A stretch of DNA of 64,000 nt from an uncultured Clostridia bacterium (GTDB lineage: Bacteria > Bacillota > Clostridia > Christensenellales > Christensenellaceae): contig CAMEMG010000002.1 of NCBI GenBank assembly GCA_945927325.1, positions 1,489-65,488 on the forward strand, read 5' to 3'. Position numbers and translations under genes: made by a program. Positions 10,653 to 20,054 of this stretch are shown here, one piece after another (the stretch's first letter is position 1; each line of letters starts with the position of its first letter). The notes beneath the pieces were generated by a model. The model did not search any database, had not been told where the DNA came from, and was given only the letters and a program-made list of their open reading frames with translations.

Positions 10653-12449
10653 TTAATCCTGTGTCAGTATTGCACGAATTCGGCGCACACCTGCAGAAGA
10701 GCTCTGTTCTTTTTGGATTTTGAATTTGCCTAATTCACCCGTATGTGCTGCATGAGGTCCGCCACAGATCTCCTTGCTCCAGCCTTCGATATTATATACT
10801 TTTACAACATCGCCATATTTGGAGCCAAATACGCCTGTTGCATTTTGTTCTCTTGCTTCTTCCAGGCTCATCTCCTTGCATTCTACGGTCACGTCCGCTG
10901 CAATTGCCTCGTTGACAAAATCTTCGACCGCCTGTTTCTCCTCAGCCGTCAATGGGCGGGGGAAACTGAAGTCAAAGCGCAAGCGCTCTGCCGTAATATT
11001 GCTGCCTTTCTGCATAATAGTATCATCAGCCAAAACTTTTTTAAGGCCGGCCAGCAACAGATGCGTCGCGGTATGCAGGCGTGCAGTGGCCTCTCCGGTA
11101 TCTGCCAGGCCGCCCTTGAATCTCTGTTCGGCACCGGCATGGGATTTTTCCTGATGCTTTTTAAATGCCTCTTGATAACCCGCTTCGTCAACGGTAAATC
11201 CCTTTTCTGCCGCCAGTTCCATGGTAAACTCAATGGGGAAACCAAATGTATCATACAGGCGGAAAGCGCTCTTCCCGGGGATTTCCTTTGTTTTCAGATA
11301 AGTGACCAGCTTATCAAACTCTTTCATTCCCTGGTTAATCGTGCGGGAGAAGCGTTCCTCTTCCTGGGCAATTTCGCTTAAAATTTTCTCGCGATTTGCT
11401 TCCAACTCAGGATAGATATCTCCATACTGAGTGATCACCTGCTGAGCAACCTGAGGTAATCCGCCTTGCTCAATACCCAATTTCATAGCAAAACGAATCG
11501 CTCGCCTGAGCAATCTGCGCAATACATATCCCTGATCCACATTGGAAGGAGTAACACCTTTCTCATCACCGATGATAAAGGTTGCGCACCGCACATGATC
11601 GGCCACAATGCGGAACGCCTTTGTGGTTTCCTCATCATCTTCATAATTTTTGCCCGAAAGTTCACTGATCTTAGCCAGAATATCTGCAAATACATCCGTA
11701 TCATAGACCGATTTCTTTCCCTGCAGAATGCATATGGTTCGATCGAGCCCCATGCCGGTATCTACATTTTTGTGTGCCAGCGGCTCAAACTCGCCTTTTT
11801 CATTCTTATTATATTCCATAAAGACGTCATTCCAGATCTCCAGATACTTTCCGCAGGAGCAGGAAGGATCGCAGTGGTCGCTGCATGCGGGCTTGCCGGT
11901 ATCGATAAACATTTCGGTATCCGGGCCGCACGGACCGGTCACACCTGCCGGGCCCCACCAGTTGTGTTCTTTACCAAGGAAGAAAATATGGCTCTCTTCC
12001 ACGCCCATATCTCTCCAATGCTGATAGGATTCCATATCGCGGGGAGCATTTTCATCTCCTGCAAAACAAGTAAAATACAGTTTGTCCTTAGGAATGCCCA
12101 ACCATTTTTCATCGGTCAGGAACTCAAAGCTCCAGGAAATTGCCTCTTTTTTAAAATAATCACCCAACGACCAGTTGCCCAACATTTCAAAAAACGTGCA
12201 ATGGGAAGCATCGCCCACTTCATCAATATCGCCGGTACGCACACATTTCTGCACGTCGGTCAATCTTGTGCCTGCCGGATGCTTTTCACCCAACAGATAG
12301 GGAACCAACGGATGCATGCCCGCTGTTGTAAACAGCACGGTAGGGTCGTTTTCCGGGATCAAAGAGGCAGAGGGAATTATAGTATGACCCTTGGATTTAA
12401 AAAATTCCAACCAAAGGCTCCGAAGTTGTCTGCTTGTCAATTGTTTCAC
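10653..12449 (-). CDS. alaS: Alanine--tRNA ligase, short form without C-Ala domain
   Basis: DPTVLFTTAGM, FFEMLGNWS, DTGMG, editing HTATH and EICGGPH, ends AGVRRIRA; GTG start. Confidence 0.93.
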   Translation of the reverse strand: MKQLTSRQLRSLWLEFFKSKGHTIIPSASLIPENDPTVLFTTAGMHPLVPYLLGEKHPAGTRLTDVQKCVRTGDIDEVGDASHCTFFEMLGNWSLGDYFKKEAISWSFEFLTDEKWLGIPKDKLYFTCFAGDENAPRDMESYQHWRDMGVEESHIFFLGKEHNWWGPAGVTGPCGPDTEMFIDTGKPACSDHCDPSCSCGKYLEIWNDVFMEYNKNEKGEFEPLAHKNVDTGMGLDRTICILQGKKSVYDTDVFADILAKISELSGKNYEDDEETTKAFRIVADHVRCATFIIGDEKGVTPSNVDQGYVLRRLLRRAIRFAMKLGIEQGGLPQVAQQVITQYGDIYPELEANREKILSEIAQEEERFSRTINQGMKEFDKLVTYLKTKEIPGKSAFRLYDTFGFPIEFTMELAAEKGFTVDEAGYQEAFKKHQEKSHAGAEQRFKGGLADTGEATARLHTATHLLLAGLKKVLADDTIMQKGSNITAERLRFDFSFPRPLTAEEKQAVEDFVNEAIAADVTVECKEMSLEEAREQNATGVFGSKYGDVVKVYNIEGWSKEICGGPHAAHTGELGKFKIQKEQSSSAGVRRIRAILTQD

Positions 12450-12644
12450 TGATGTATTCTCCTGTTAAAATATGATATGATACTGTTAAGAATCGTTTTA
12501 TGATGTTTAGGGCAGTATGCATTCCGCTCCTGCCTATACAAAATAAATTATATTATCGTATAGCGCAGATTGTCAATCTTAATGGTACTTTTTCGCAGAA
12601 AAAGCCTTTTGCACTCTACGTTCTCCTGAAAGGAAGTATTTTTT

Positions 12645-13424
12645 ATGGATCAAAGCAAATCATCCTCCCATCTGCATCAAGGTCATCGCAGCAGACTGCG
12701 AGAGCGCTTTGCCATAGCCGGTCTGGAAAGCTTCGCTGATCATGAAGTGCTGGAACTGATTCTGTCCTACGCGCGGCCCCGCATAGATACCAATCAATTG
12801 GCCCATCGCTTGCTCAATACGTTCGGCTCCCTTTCTGCGGTACTACATGCGGAGAAAGAAGAGTTATGCAAAGTTTCCGGCATTGGAGAAATTTCCGCTT
12901 CTTTGTTACTCCTGTTCGCTCCTGTCGCTCATCGGCTTTTCGCACAGCAAAATGAGGAAACCTTTCTTTCCACCAGCACTCAGGCAGCTAAATACATTTC
13001 TTCTCTGCTGTTCGGGCGCAAGACTGAATGTCTGTATCTGATTTGTTTGGACACTTCTTACCGCGTGCTCCATAAATGCATCGTCATGGAAGGTTCTGTC
13101 GATTCTGTTCCCGTTTCGGCACGGGAAATTGCCGCTATTGCGCTGCGCCACAACGCTTCCCGCTTGATTCTTGCACATAATCATCCTGGCGGCAATGTGC
13201 TGCCCAGCCGCCAGGATATCGCTGTCACTCAGGAATTGGTACAAACTCTTTCACGGCTCGAAATTCAATTAAGTGATCATATCATTGTTTGCGGGCAAAA
13301 ATATTATAGTTTTGCAGATAAGCGCTCTCATATCAATACTCTGTTTACGCACTCTCTCGATTCCGCTGCCGACAGCAGTTCAGGCATTGCTTATGCTTCC
13401 GAAGCAGAATCATCAGAAACATAA
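12645..13424 (+). CDS. radC: RadC/JAB domain protein
   Basis: HQGHRSRLRERF, HhH, AHNHPGG...PSRQD, LSDHII. Confidence 0.9.
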   Translation: MDQSKSSSHLHQGHRSRLRERFAIAGLESFADHEVLELILSYARPRIDTNQLAHRLLNTFGSLSAVLHAEKEELCKVSGIGEISASLLLLFAPVAHRLFAQQNEETFLSTSTQAAKYISSLLFGRKTECLYLICLDTSYRVLHKCIVMEGSVDSVPVSAREIAAIALRHNASRLILAHNHPGGNVLPSRQDIAVTQELVQTLSRLEIQLSDHIIVCGQKYYSFADKRSHINTLFTHSLDSAADSSSGIAYASEAESSET

Positions 13425-13518
13425 TTCCGCTTTTCCACATCTTGTAAAATGATGATTTCTTCTGTCAATTTATGTTATAATATAAACTAATTTTACAGGA
13501 GAATATTTTTTATTACCA

Positions 13519-14289
13519 ATGAAGCTTTTTTTCTTTGATTATGATGGCACGCTTCATCAGCGTGGAACCGAAGGTATTTCACAACGCACTCGTCGGGCGC
13601 TCCAGGCTTTACGGCAACAGGGGCATAAAATCATCCTATGTACCGGAAGATGTTATGGGCATCTTCCTAAAGCAGCGGTGGAGTTGCCTTTCGACTGTTA
13701 TGCCACTGCCTGCGGTGCCGCTACATTTATTAACGGGACTTTGGCCTGGGAACGCCGCCTGGATTCCAAGCTGCTGTTGCAACTGCTTCAATTATTCGAA
13801 CATTGGCAATTAGATGGTGCTGTGGAAGGAGAAAAACGGATTTTATTCTATCACCGCGCATCGACTGAGCCGGATATCGTCCCCGAAGTACATTCCTTTT
13901 CTGAATACGCCGCTCAATTCCGGGACATGCCAGTACATAAACTGACTTTATTCCAGGTCCCCATGCCCAAAGAAGTGGAGACTTTTATTATGCAACATAA
14001 CCTTTCTATTATTAATAACAGCAATGTTTATTATGAAATAATACAAAAAGGCCAGCATAAAGGAAAAGCCATTGAAGATATTGCCGCTTATTACCACGTT
14101 CCGATCTCGAGCACATACTGTTTTGGGGACAGTATGAATGATGCAGCTATGCTGCGCACTGCCGGGCATAGTGTTGTAGTAGGCAACGCACCGGTAGAAG
14201 TACAAGCGTTGGCAGGAGAAGTAACTTCTTCCGTACAGGAAGACGGCGTAGCTTGCTGGATTGAAAATTTTTTACATCTGAATTCTTGA
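13519..14289 (+). CDS. Cof-type HAD-IIB hydrolase
   Basis: FFDYDGTL, CTGR, KGKAI, FGDSMNDAAM. Confidence 0.9.
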   Translation: MKLFFFDYDGTLHQRGTEGISQRTRRALQALRQQGHKIILCTGRCYGHLPKAAVELPFDCYATACGAATFINGTLAWERRLDSKLLLQLLQLFEHWQLDGAVEGEKRILFYHRASTEPDIVPEVHSFSEYAAQFRDMPVHKLTLFQVPMPKEVETFIMQHNLSIINNSNVYYEIIQKGQHKGKAIEDIAAYYHVPISSTYCFGDSMNDAAMLRTAGHSVVVGNAPVEVQALAGEVTSSVQEDGVACWIENFLHLNS

Positions 14290-14465
14290 AAAGATGGATT
14301 TTTGAAAGCGCGTAAGCGCTTTTTTTATTTCCAATATTTTTCAGAAAAAAAAGATTTTACCAGAGTATATTGACGATTTTCGGGAAAATTATAGATAACG
14401 CAGCAATAAAAATCTGCCGCGTCCGCAGCGCTTCTTGCCTGCACTATAAAAATGGAGGTGAAAAT

Positions 14466-14663
14466 ATGGCTAAGTCATCCGGCAAATCCAGCCGTGTCGT
14501 AGTTCCCGAGGCAAAGGAATATTTGAATAATATGAAGTTCGAAATTGCTAAGGAACAGGGCATTAACCTGAAAGAAGGCTACAATGGCGACCTGACTGCA
14601 AAGCAGAACGGCACCGTCGGCGGTTACATGGTAAAAAAAATGATCGAACAGTATCAGAAATAA
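14466..14663 (+). CDS. Alpha/beta-type small acid-soluble spore protein
   Basis: VVPEAKEYLNNMKFEIAKEQG...LTAKQNGTVGGYMVK; GGAGGTG SD before ATG 14466. Confidence 0.9.
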   Translation: MAKSSGKSSRVVVPEAKEYLNNMKFEIAKEQGINLKEGYNGDLTAKQNGTVGGYMVKKMIEQYQK

Positions 14664-14703
14664 GTAAAACAAGCATAAATACTGCAGAAAGGAGGCTATA
14701 TCG

Positions 14704-14922
14704 ATGGATTCCAGAAACAATAACAGCAACAAGCTCACGGTAGATGCTGCTGCTGCAAGACAGAAGATGGAAAACATGAAGTATGAGATTGCAAACGAGA
14801 TCGGAGTCGACCTCAAAAAAGGCTATAACGGCGATCTTACTTCCAAAGAAGCCGGTTATGTAGGCGGCTATATGGTCAAGAGAATGATCGAAGAGGTTGA
14901 AAAGTCCATGGCCAATAAGTAA
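14704..14922 (+). CDS. Alpha/beta-type small acid-soluble spore protein (tandem paralog)
   Basis: MKYEIANEIGV...GDLTSKEAGYVGGYMVKRMI. Confidence 0.9.
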   Translation: MDSRNNNSNKLTVDAAAARQKMENMKYEIANEIGVDLKKGYNGDLTSKEAGYVGGYMVKRMIEEVEKSMANK

Positions 14923-14934
14923 AGTGGCTTTTCC

Positions 14935-14963
14935 AAAAGCGGAGGGAAATCCCTCCGCTTTTT
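14935..14963. terminator. Bidirectional intrinsic terminator
   Basis: AAAAGCGGAGGGA-AA-TCCCTCCGCTTTT. Confidence 0.8.
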
Positions 14964-16242
14964 ATTTCCTTATAATTTCATAATCGCCATTCAATACCAA
15001 CCAGTTTTGTGGGAAAGGCCGCATCAAATTCCAATATGCCACGCCATAAAGATCATAGGCTTCTGCCAAAGCCAATTTTTCCCGCACACTTCGCGCATCC
15101 TCAAACCAGACAACATGTTGCTCTCCTCCCTGCCAATAATAAAAATAGGGAGCCTGGGCCGTATAGTCATATTCTATTTGCGCCTGTTTGGCAATGGCTA
15201 ATTGGATTGCTTCCTGAGGTCCCAGTGAACGGGCAGCGCGCCCCTGCTGATAGGGAAGAATCCAGTCGTATCCATATGCTGGAATACCCAAATAGATTTT
15301 TTCTGGCGGAATTTCCGTCAAAGCATACCTGACCACTTCCTCTACTTTATTGATTGGAGCCACAGCCATCGGCGGTCCATAAGTATAGCCCCATTCATAA
15401 GTCATCAGCAGCACACGGTCGGCCGCACTGCCCAATCCCTGATATTGATGCCCTTCATACAAGATTCCCCTCTGTGTCGCTGATGTTTTGGGAGCCAATG
15501 CCACGATCACTTCATATCCCAATGCATTGACGGCTATCCGTAACTCTGTTACCAATTGAATATATGCTTCTGCTTCCTCTGCCGGCACAAACTCAAAATC
15601 AATATCCACCCCTTCATACCCTTTTTCCTGTACTACGCGCACCACTTGTTCTATAAAATTGCTTTGTGCATCAGGATTTTCCAGAAGAGCCGTAGAAAGT
15701 GTATTATCAAAGTACCCTTCTGCATTCAAGCTGGAAATATGCATGACCGGCGCCACGCCATATTCCTTTGCTATTCGAATCATTTGTGTATCATCGGGCG
15801 CAAACAAATTGCCTTCGCCATCGATCCCATAAGTAAAAACGGTTAAGTATGTCAAATACGGCAATACCCGCCGCAACTCTCCCTGTTCAATAAACGGATA
15901 TGCATATCCGTTTACTGCCAGTTTCCCCTGCCTCTGTGTATTCAGAAAAATGGTCAACACCTGACCCGGATAAATCAAAGCTTTTCCATTTAATTCCGGA
16001 TTGTTGCGCAGCAGTGCATCCACAGTCGTACCATACTGCCGCGCAATCTCCAACAGCGATTCCCCGGCAGCAACGGTGTGTACCTGGCTGGGGATCTGTA
16101 TGACCAGCGTCTGCCCTACAGCCAGGCTGTTTCCATCCGTCAGCCTGTTGTCGGCAATGATTTTTTCCGCACTTATTCCATATTCCGCCGCAATGGAATA
16201 GACGCTGTCTCCCGGCATTACCACATAAATTACCATCTGCAT
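14962..16242 (-). CDS. LysM-LysM-GH18 spore cortex hydrolase (YaaH/SleL/YdhD-like)
   Basis: Two LysM repeats, GVDIDFE GH18 motif, MTYEWG, PPMAVAP; sigmaE-like CATACAAT at 16261-68 upstream. Confidence 0.88.
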   Translation of the reverse strand: MQMVIYVVMPGDSVYSIAAEYGISAEKIIADNRLTDGNSLAVGQTLVIQIPSQVHTVAAGESLLEIARQYGTTVDALLRNNPELNGKALIYPGQVLTIFLNTQRQGKLAVNGYAYPFIEQGELRRVLPYLTYLTVFTYGIDGEGNLFAPDDTQMIRIAKEYGVAPVMHISSLNAEGYFDNTLSTALLENPDAQSNFIEQVVRVVQEKGYEGVDIDFEFVPAEEAEAYIQLVTELRIAVNALGYEVIVALAPKTSATQRGILYEGHQYQGLGSAADRVLLMTYEWGYTYGPPMAVAPINKVEEVVRYALTEIPPEKIYLGIPAYGYDWILPYQQGRAARSLGPQEAIQLAIAKQAQIEYDYTAQAPYFYYWQGGEQHVVWFEDARSVREKLALAEAYDLYGVAYWNLMRPFPQNWLVLNGDYEIIRK

Positions 16243-16340
16243 AACTCCATTTTCATTTTTATTGTATGGATATGCATCTCAAAAGAAGTTCATACAAAAA
16301 AACGGCACGAATATTTCGTGCCGTTTCTATTTATTGCAAA

Positions 16341-17327
16341 TTACTTAAGCGGAGCAGAACCATCGAAATCCAGATTTGCTTCGATTGCTGCATCAATCGC
16401 TGCCAGCTGTGCATCCGACAAAGTCCAATCAAACGTTGCGCAGTTTTCCACTGCTTCTTTTACATTGCGTACACCGCACAAAGCTGTGGAAACGTAATCT
16501 TTCTGGGTAGACCAGTTGATTGCGATTTGCGGCAACGGCTTACCCGTCTCTGCGGAAATCTCATCCATAACCTTCAGGACATTCATCACTTTGCTGAAGT
16601 GAGGCTCTTTAAAGAACGGATAGAAACCGTTTCTCGGATCCCCTTCACCAAAGACCGGCGGTGTGCGGAATGTACCGGTGAGAATTCCAGCACCCAAAGA
16701 ACCATAGGTAAAGGTATCGATTCCGCGCTCATGGCACCATTTCATCAGACCCTCGTCACGGCGCACTACCATTGAATAAGGAGGCTGAATCGCATCAATC
16801 TGTGTAGTCTTTTCGCATTCCATAATCTGTTCTTCATCAAAGTTGGAAAGGCCTACAAAGCGAATCTTGCCCTGTTTTTTCAAGGTATTGAGCGCTTCCA
16901 TTGTTTCTGCAAAAGGCGTATCATAATCCGGCCAATGTACAAAATAGAAGTCGATATAATCAGTACCCAGGCGGCGAAGCGATTGTTCGCATTCATACAG
17001 TACACTGCCGTAACTGCTGTCACGCCCGTCGGAATCTCCGGTTCTGACTGCTTTCAGCGTCGTTCCCGTTACACCAAATTTGGTGGAAATAAAGAACTTA
17101 GAGCGGTCAAGGCCCTTAATCGCCTTACCAACTATCTTTTCTGAATAACCTTCGCCATAGCAGGGAGCCGTGTCAATCAGGTTGACACCGCCATCCAGCA
17201 TTGCTCGAATTGCATCAATGGAATCCTGATCGTTGACATCGCCATAACCGGAAGCACCGGTCGCCCATGTTCCCACTGCCAATGCGGAGACATCCACATT
17301 GGAATTCTTGAAGTGTTTGTAACGCAT
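16341..17327 (-). CDS. Aldo/keto reductase
   Basis: IDTAPCYG, ISTKFG, SLRRLGTDYIDFYFVHWPD, GLSNF. Confidence 0.88.
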   Translation of the reverse strand: MRYKHFKNSNVDVSALAVGTWATGASGYGDVNDQDSIDAIRAMLDGGVNLIDTAPCYGEGYSEKIVGKAIKGLDRSKFFISTKFGVTGTTLKAVRTGDSDGRDSSYGSVLYECEQSLRRLGTDYIDFYFVHWPDYDTPFAETMEALNTLKKQGKIRFVGLSNFDEEQIMECEKTTQIDAIQPPYSMVVRRDEGLMKWCHERGIDTFTYGSLGAGILTGTFRTPPVFGEGDPRNGFYPFFKEPHFSKVMNVLKVMDEISAETGKPLPQIAINWSTQKDYVSTALCGVRNVKEAVENCATFDWTLSDAQLAAIDAAIEANLDFDGSAPLK

Positions 17328-17517
17328 AAAATACCCTCTTAATTTAATATTTTGGAGCACGCATTTGCCGCTCCAATCATTATCTTCTTATATGTCTATT
17401 ATAGGCCGAATCCATATTCCTTGCAAGTAAAATCCTGTTTTTCCGGATTTGCTTTCAAAATCGAATTATGCTAATATATGTGTTGGTTTGAAATTTTTAA
17501 TAATTTAGGAGGAATTT

Positions 17518-18402
17518 ATGACAATTACATCCATCAATGATGTCACCAAGCTCAACAACGGCGTCCTGATGCCTCGTTTTGGCCTGGGCGTTTGGAAAGC
17601 AAAGGGGCAGGAAGTCGTCGATGCCGTAACATGGGCAATTGAAGCCGGCTATCGCCATATCGATACGGCCGCTGTTTACGGCAATGAAAAAGAAGTGGGA
17701 ATTGCACTTCAAAACTGCGGAATCAGCCGGAAGGATCTGTTCATTACTTCCAAAGTTGCCAAAATGGGCTATAAAGAAGCACTGGATTCCATGGATCAGA
17801 CTTTATGCGACCTGCAGACCGATTACGTCGATCTGTTTCTCATTCACTGGCCTCATCCTGAGCAGGGCGATACTTATCTGGAAATGTGGCGTGCCATGGA
17901 GCGCATCTATAAAGAAGGAAAAGCCCGTGCCATCGGCGTTGCAAACTTCTATGCGGAATATCTACAGCGCATTATAAATGAATGCAGCATCAAACCGGCA
18001 GTCAATCAGTTTGAATGCCATCCTTATTATCAGATGCCCGAATTGCAAGCTTTCTGCAAAAATAATGAAATCCAATATGAAGCATATTCCCCGCTGGCCG
18101 GCGGAGCCGTATTTGGAGATGACCGCTTTGCTCCTATCGCAGCAAAATATGGAAAAGATGTCGCTCAGATTATTCTCCGTTGGGAACTGCAGCGCGATAT
18201 CGTCGTGATCCCCAAATCCGTTAAGCAAAAACGAATCCTTTCTAATATGGATGTTTTCGATTTTGAATTAGAAGAAGCGGATATGAAATTATTGGATGCC
18301 ATGGATATCAACACCAAAATAACCTGCGCAAGACCGGATCAACTTTGGCCGGATTTTCTTGCCGAGAAGGAAGCCAGAATGGCAGCCGGAGCTCGTTTCT
18401 GA
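17518..18402 (+). CDS. Aldo/keto reductase (2,5-DKG reductase/YvgN-like)
   Basis: GYRHIDTAAVYGNE, DLFLIHWP, VIPKSV. Confidence 0.9.
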   Translation: MTITSINDVTKLNNGVLMPRFGLGVWKAKGQEVVDAVTWAIEAGYRHIDTAAVYGNEKEVGIALQNCGISRKDLFITSKVAKMGYKEALDSMDQTLCDLQTDYVDLFLIHWPHPEQGDTYLEMWRAMERIYKEGKARAIGVANFYAEYLQRIINECSIKPAVNQFECHPYYQMPELQAFCKNNEIQYEAYSPLAGGAVFGDDRFAPIAAKYGKDVAQIILRWELQRDIVVIPKSVKQKRILSNMDVFDFELEEADMKLLDAMDINTKITCARPDQLWPDFLAEKEARMAAGARF

Positions 18403-18504
18403 TTTACAACACATCAAGGCAGCGAATCGCTGCCTTTTTTATTTATCCTTTATCTCAACCATGGTACAATAAAAGTAAATTTGCATCTTAAGGAAGGTAT
18501 TTTT

Positions 18505-19389
18505 ATGAAACATACGATTTCCTGTTACGGCACTTCGTTAAGCGCTGATACCCGCGGTGCCGAGCTCTGTTCTTATACGGATGTACATGGCTGCGAGCGT
18601 CTATGGGAGGGAGACCCCTCTATTTGGTCAGGACATGCTCCCGTACTCTTTCCAATTGTTGGGGCTCCTGTCAATCATCAGGTTCGTTTTGCCGGTCAGA
18701 CATATCCTATCCATAAGCACGGTTTTATGATGATGCGGGAATTCACTCTGGTTGAACAAGGAAATGATTTTCTGCATTTTTCAGCTTCTGCCGATGATCA
18801 GACTCTTCGTTCTTATCCCTACGCTTTTCGGTTGCACATTCAGCATACTCTGTTGTCGCAAGGTTTTTCTACCGAATTCTGCATTCAAAATGAGGATACT
18901 CGCCCCATGCCCTATTGCATCGGCGGGCACCCCGGTTTCCGTTGCCCGATGGAACCCGGCGCTGCTTTCGAGGATTATCTGTTGCGTTTTGAAAAACCCG
19001 AAAATGGCCAAATCGCCATTTGCCCGGATGGTGAATTGATTCGCGGCCACGAAGTACTTTCCCCGTTGGCCGGAGGCAGAGAACTTCCATTGCATCACAG
19101 CTATTTTGATGAGAAAGATGCTCTCATTTTCACTTCTTTGGCTTCCCGCCAGGTAGATTTGATTCATCGCAAAAGCCAAAAGGGAATTCGTTTCCGTTTC
19201 GATGATTTCGACGTATTGGGTGTGTGGACCAAGCCCGGTGCACGCGCCGACTATCTTTGCCTGGAACCTTGGGTGGGCCTTAATGCTTATGAGGGAGAGA
19301 GCGGTGATTTTGAACAAAAACCGTTTGTCCGCACTGTGTTGCCGGGGCAAAGCCATCGTCTGGTTTTTACAGCCTCTATTTTAGAGTAA
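18505..19389 (+). CDS. Aldose 1-epimerase family protein (LacX-like)
   Basis: LWEGDPSIWSGHAPVLFPIVG, KHGF, IGGHPGF, LCLEPW. Confidence 0.85.
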   Translation: MKHTISCYGTSLSADTRGAELCSYTDVHGCERLWEGDPSIWSGHAPVLFPIVGAPVNHQVRFAGQTYPIHKHGFMMMREFTLVEQGNDFLHFSASADDQTLRSYPYAFRLHIQHTLLSQGFSTEFCIQNEDTRPMPYCIGGHPGFRCPMEPGAAFEDYLLRFEKPENGQIAICPDGELIRGHEVLSPLAGGRELPLHHSYFDEKDALIFTSLASRQVDLIHRKSQKGIRFRFDDFDVLGVWTKPGARADYLCLEPWVGLNAYEGESGDFEQKPFVRTVLPGQSHRLVFTASILE

Positions 19390-19402
19390 AAGCGTTTTAT
19401 TT

Positions 19403-19927
19403 ATGACATGGAAAATCGTTTTGGCCGAATCGCCAAATCAGAAAACTGAGGCAGCTGCGTGTATCCTGCGCGCTCTGCCCGACTGGTTTTGAAATATTCA
19501 GGCACGGGAATCTTATATTGAGCAAAGTGCAGCTCTTCCCGTACTCATAGCCTACGACAGGCAGCAACCCATCGGTTTCCTTGCACTGCAGGAAACTTCT
19601 CCCTTTGCTTGTGAAATCTGTGTTATGGGAGTTCTTCCTGCTTAGCATCGCCATGGCATTGGAACCGCACTGATGCAGCAGGCAATTGCCTATTGCAAAA
19701 AGCAGAGTTATGCTTTATTGCATGTAAAAACGCTGGATTCCTCCTGTTCTGATGCCGGATATGCGCGCACGCGCGCCTTTTATCGTGCTCAAGGTTTCCT
19801 GCCATTGCAATGTTTGCCCGAATACTGGGATCAGGATAATCCCTGTCTGTTAATGGTGCTCCTCTTTCAGGCCAACCATGATCTATTTTTCAAAAATTCT
19901 TTTATTATGAATTTCTGTTCTGCATAA
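19403..19927 (+). pseudogene. GNAT acetyltransferase interrupted by two in-frame stops
   Basis: Single frame: MTWKI...ILRALPDWF*(TGA 19490)NIQ...EICVMGVLPA*(TAG 19643)HRHGIGTALM...VKTL...TRAFYRAQGF...WDQDNPCL. Confidence 0.8.
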
Positions 19928-19972
19928 CTATCTGCTCTTTTCTGTGAGCAGTTACTAAAATCATTTTCAAAT

Positions 19973-20008
19973 AAAAGGACAGAACTGCAAAAAAAGTTCT
20001 GTCCTTTT
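19973..20008. terminator. Bidirectional intrinsic terminator
   Basis: AAAAGGACAGAACT-loop-AGTTCTGTCCTTTT. Confidence 0.75.
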
Positions 20009-20021
20009 CATTCATTTTTCG

Positions 20022-20054
20022 TTTATGTTTCATTTATGTTTCATTTATGTTTCA
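20022..20054. repeat. Tandem repeat, 3 x TTTATGTTTCA (11 bp)
   Basis: Three exact copies; the third contains the stop codon of the acetate kinase gene. Confidence 0.9.

Noticed and set aside
10125-12449. MscL zinc-ribbon tail and short AlaRS as novelties
   Set aside because: Both forms are, to my knowledge, common in Clostridia.
19490-19645. Stop-codon recoding (TGA=Gly/Sec, TAG=Pyl) in the GNAT gene
   Set aside because: TGA and TAG end many normal genes in this window, and no Sec/Pyl context is visible. Nonsense mutation is the simpler explanation.
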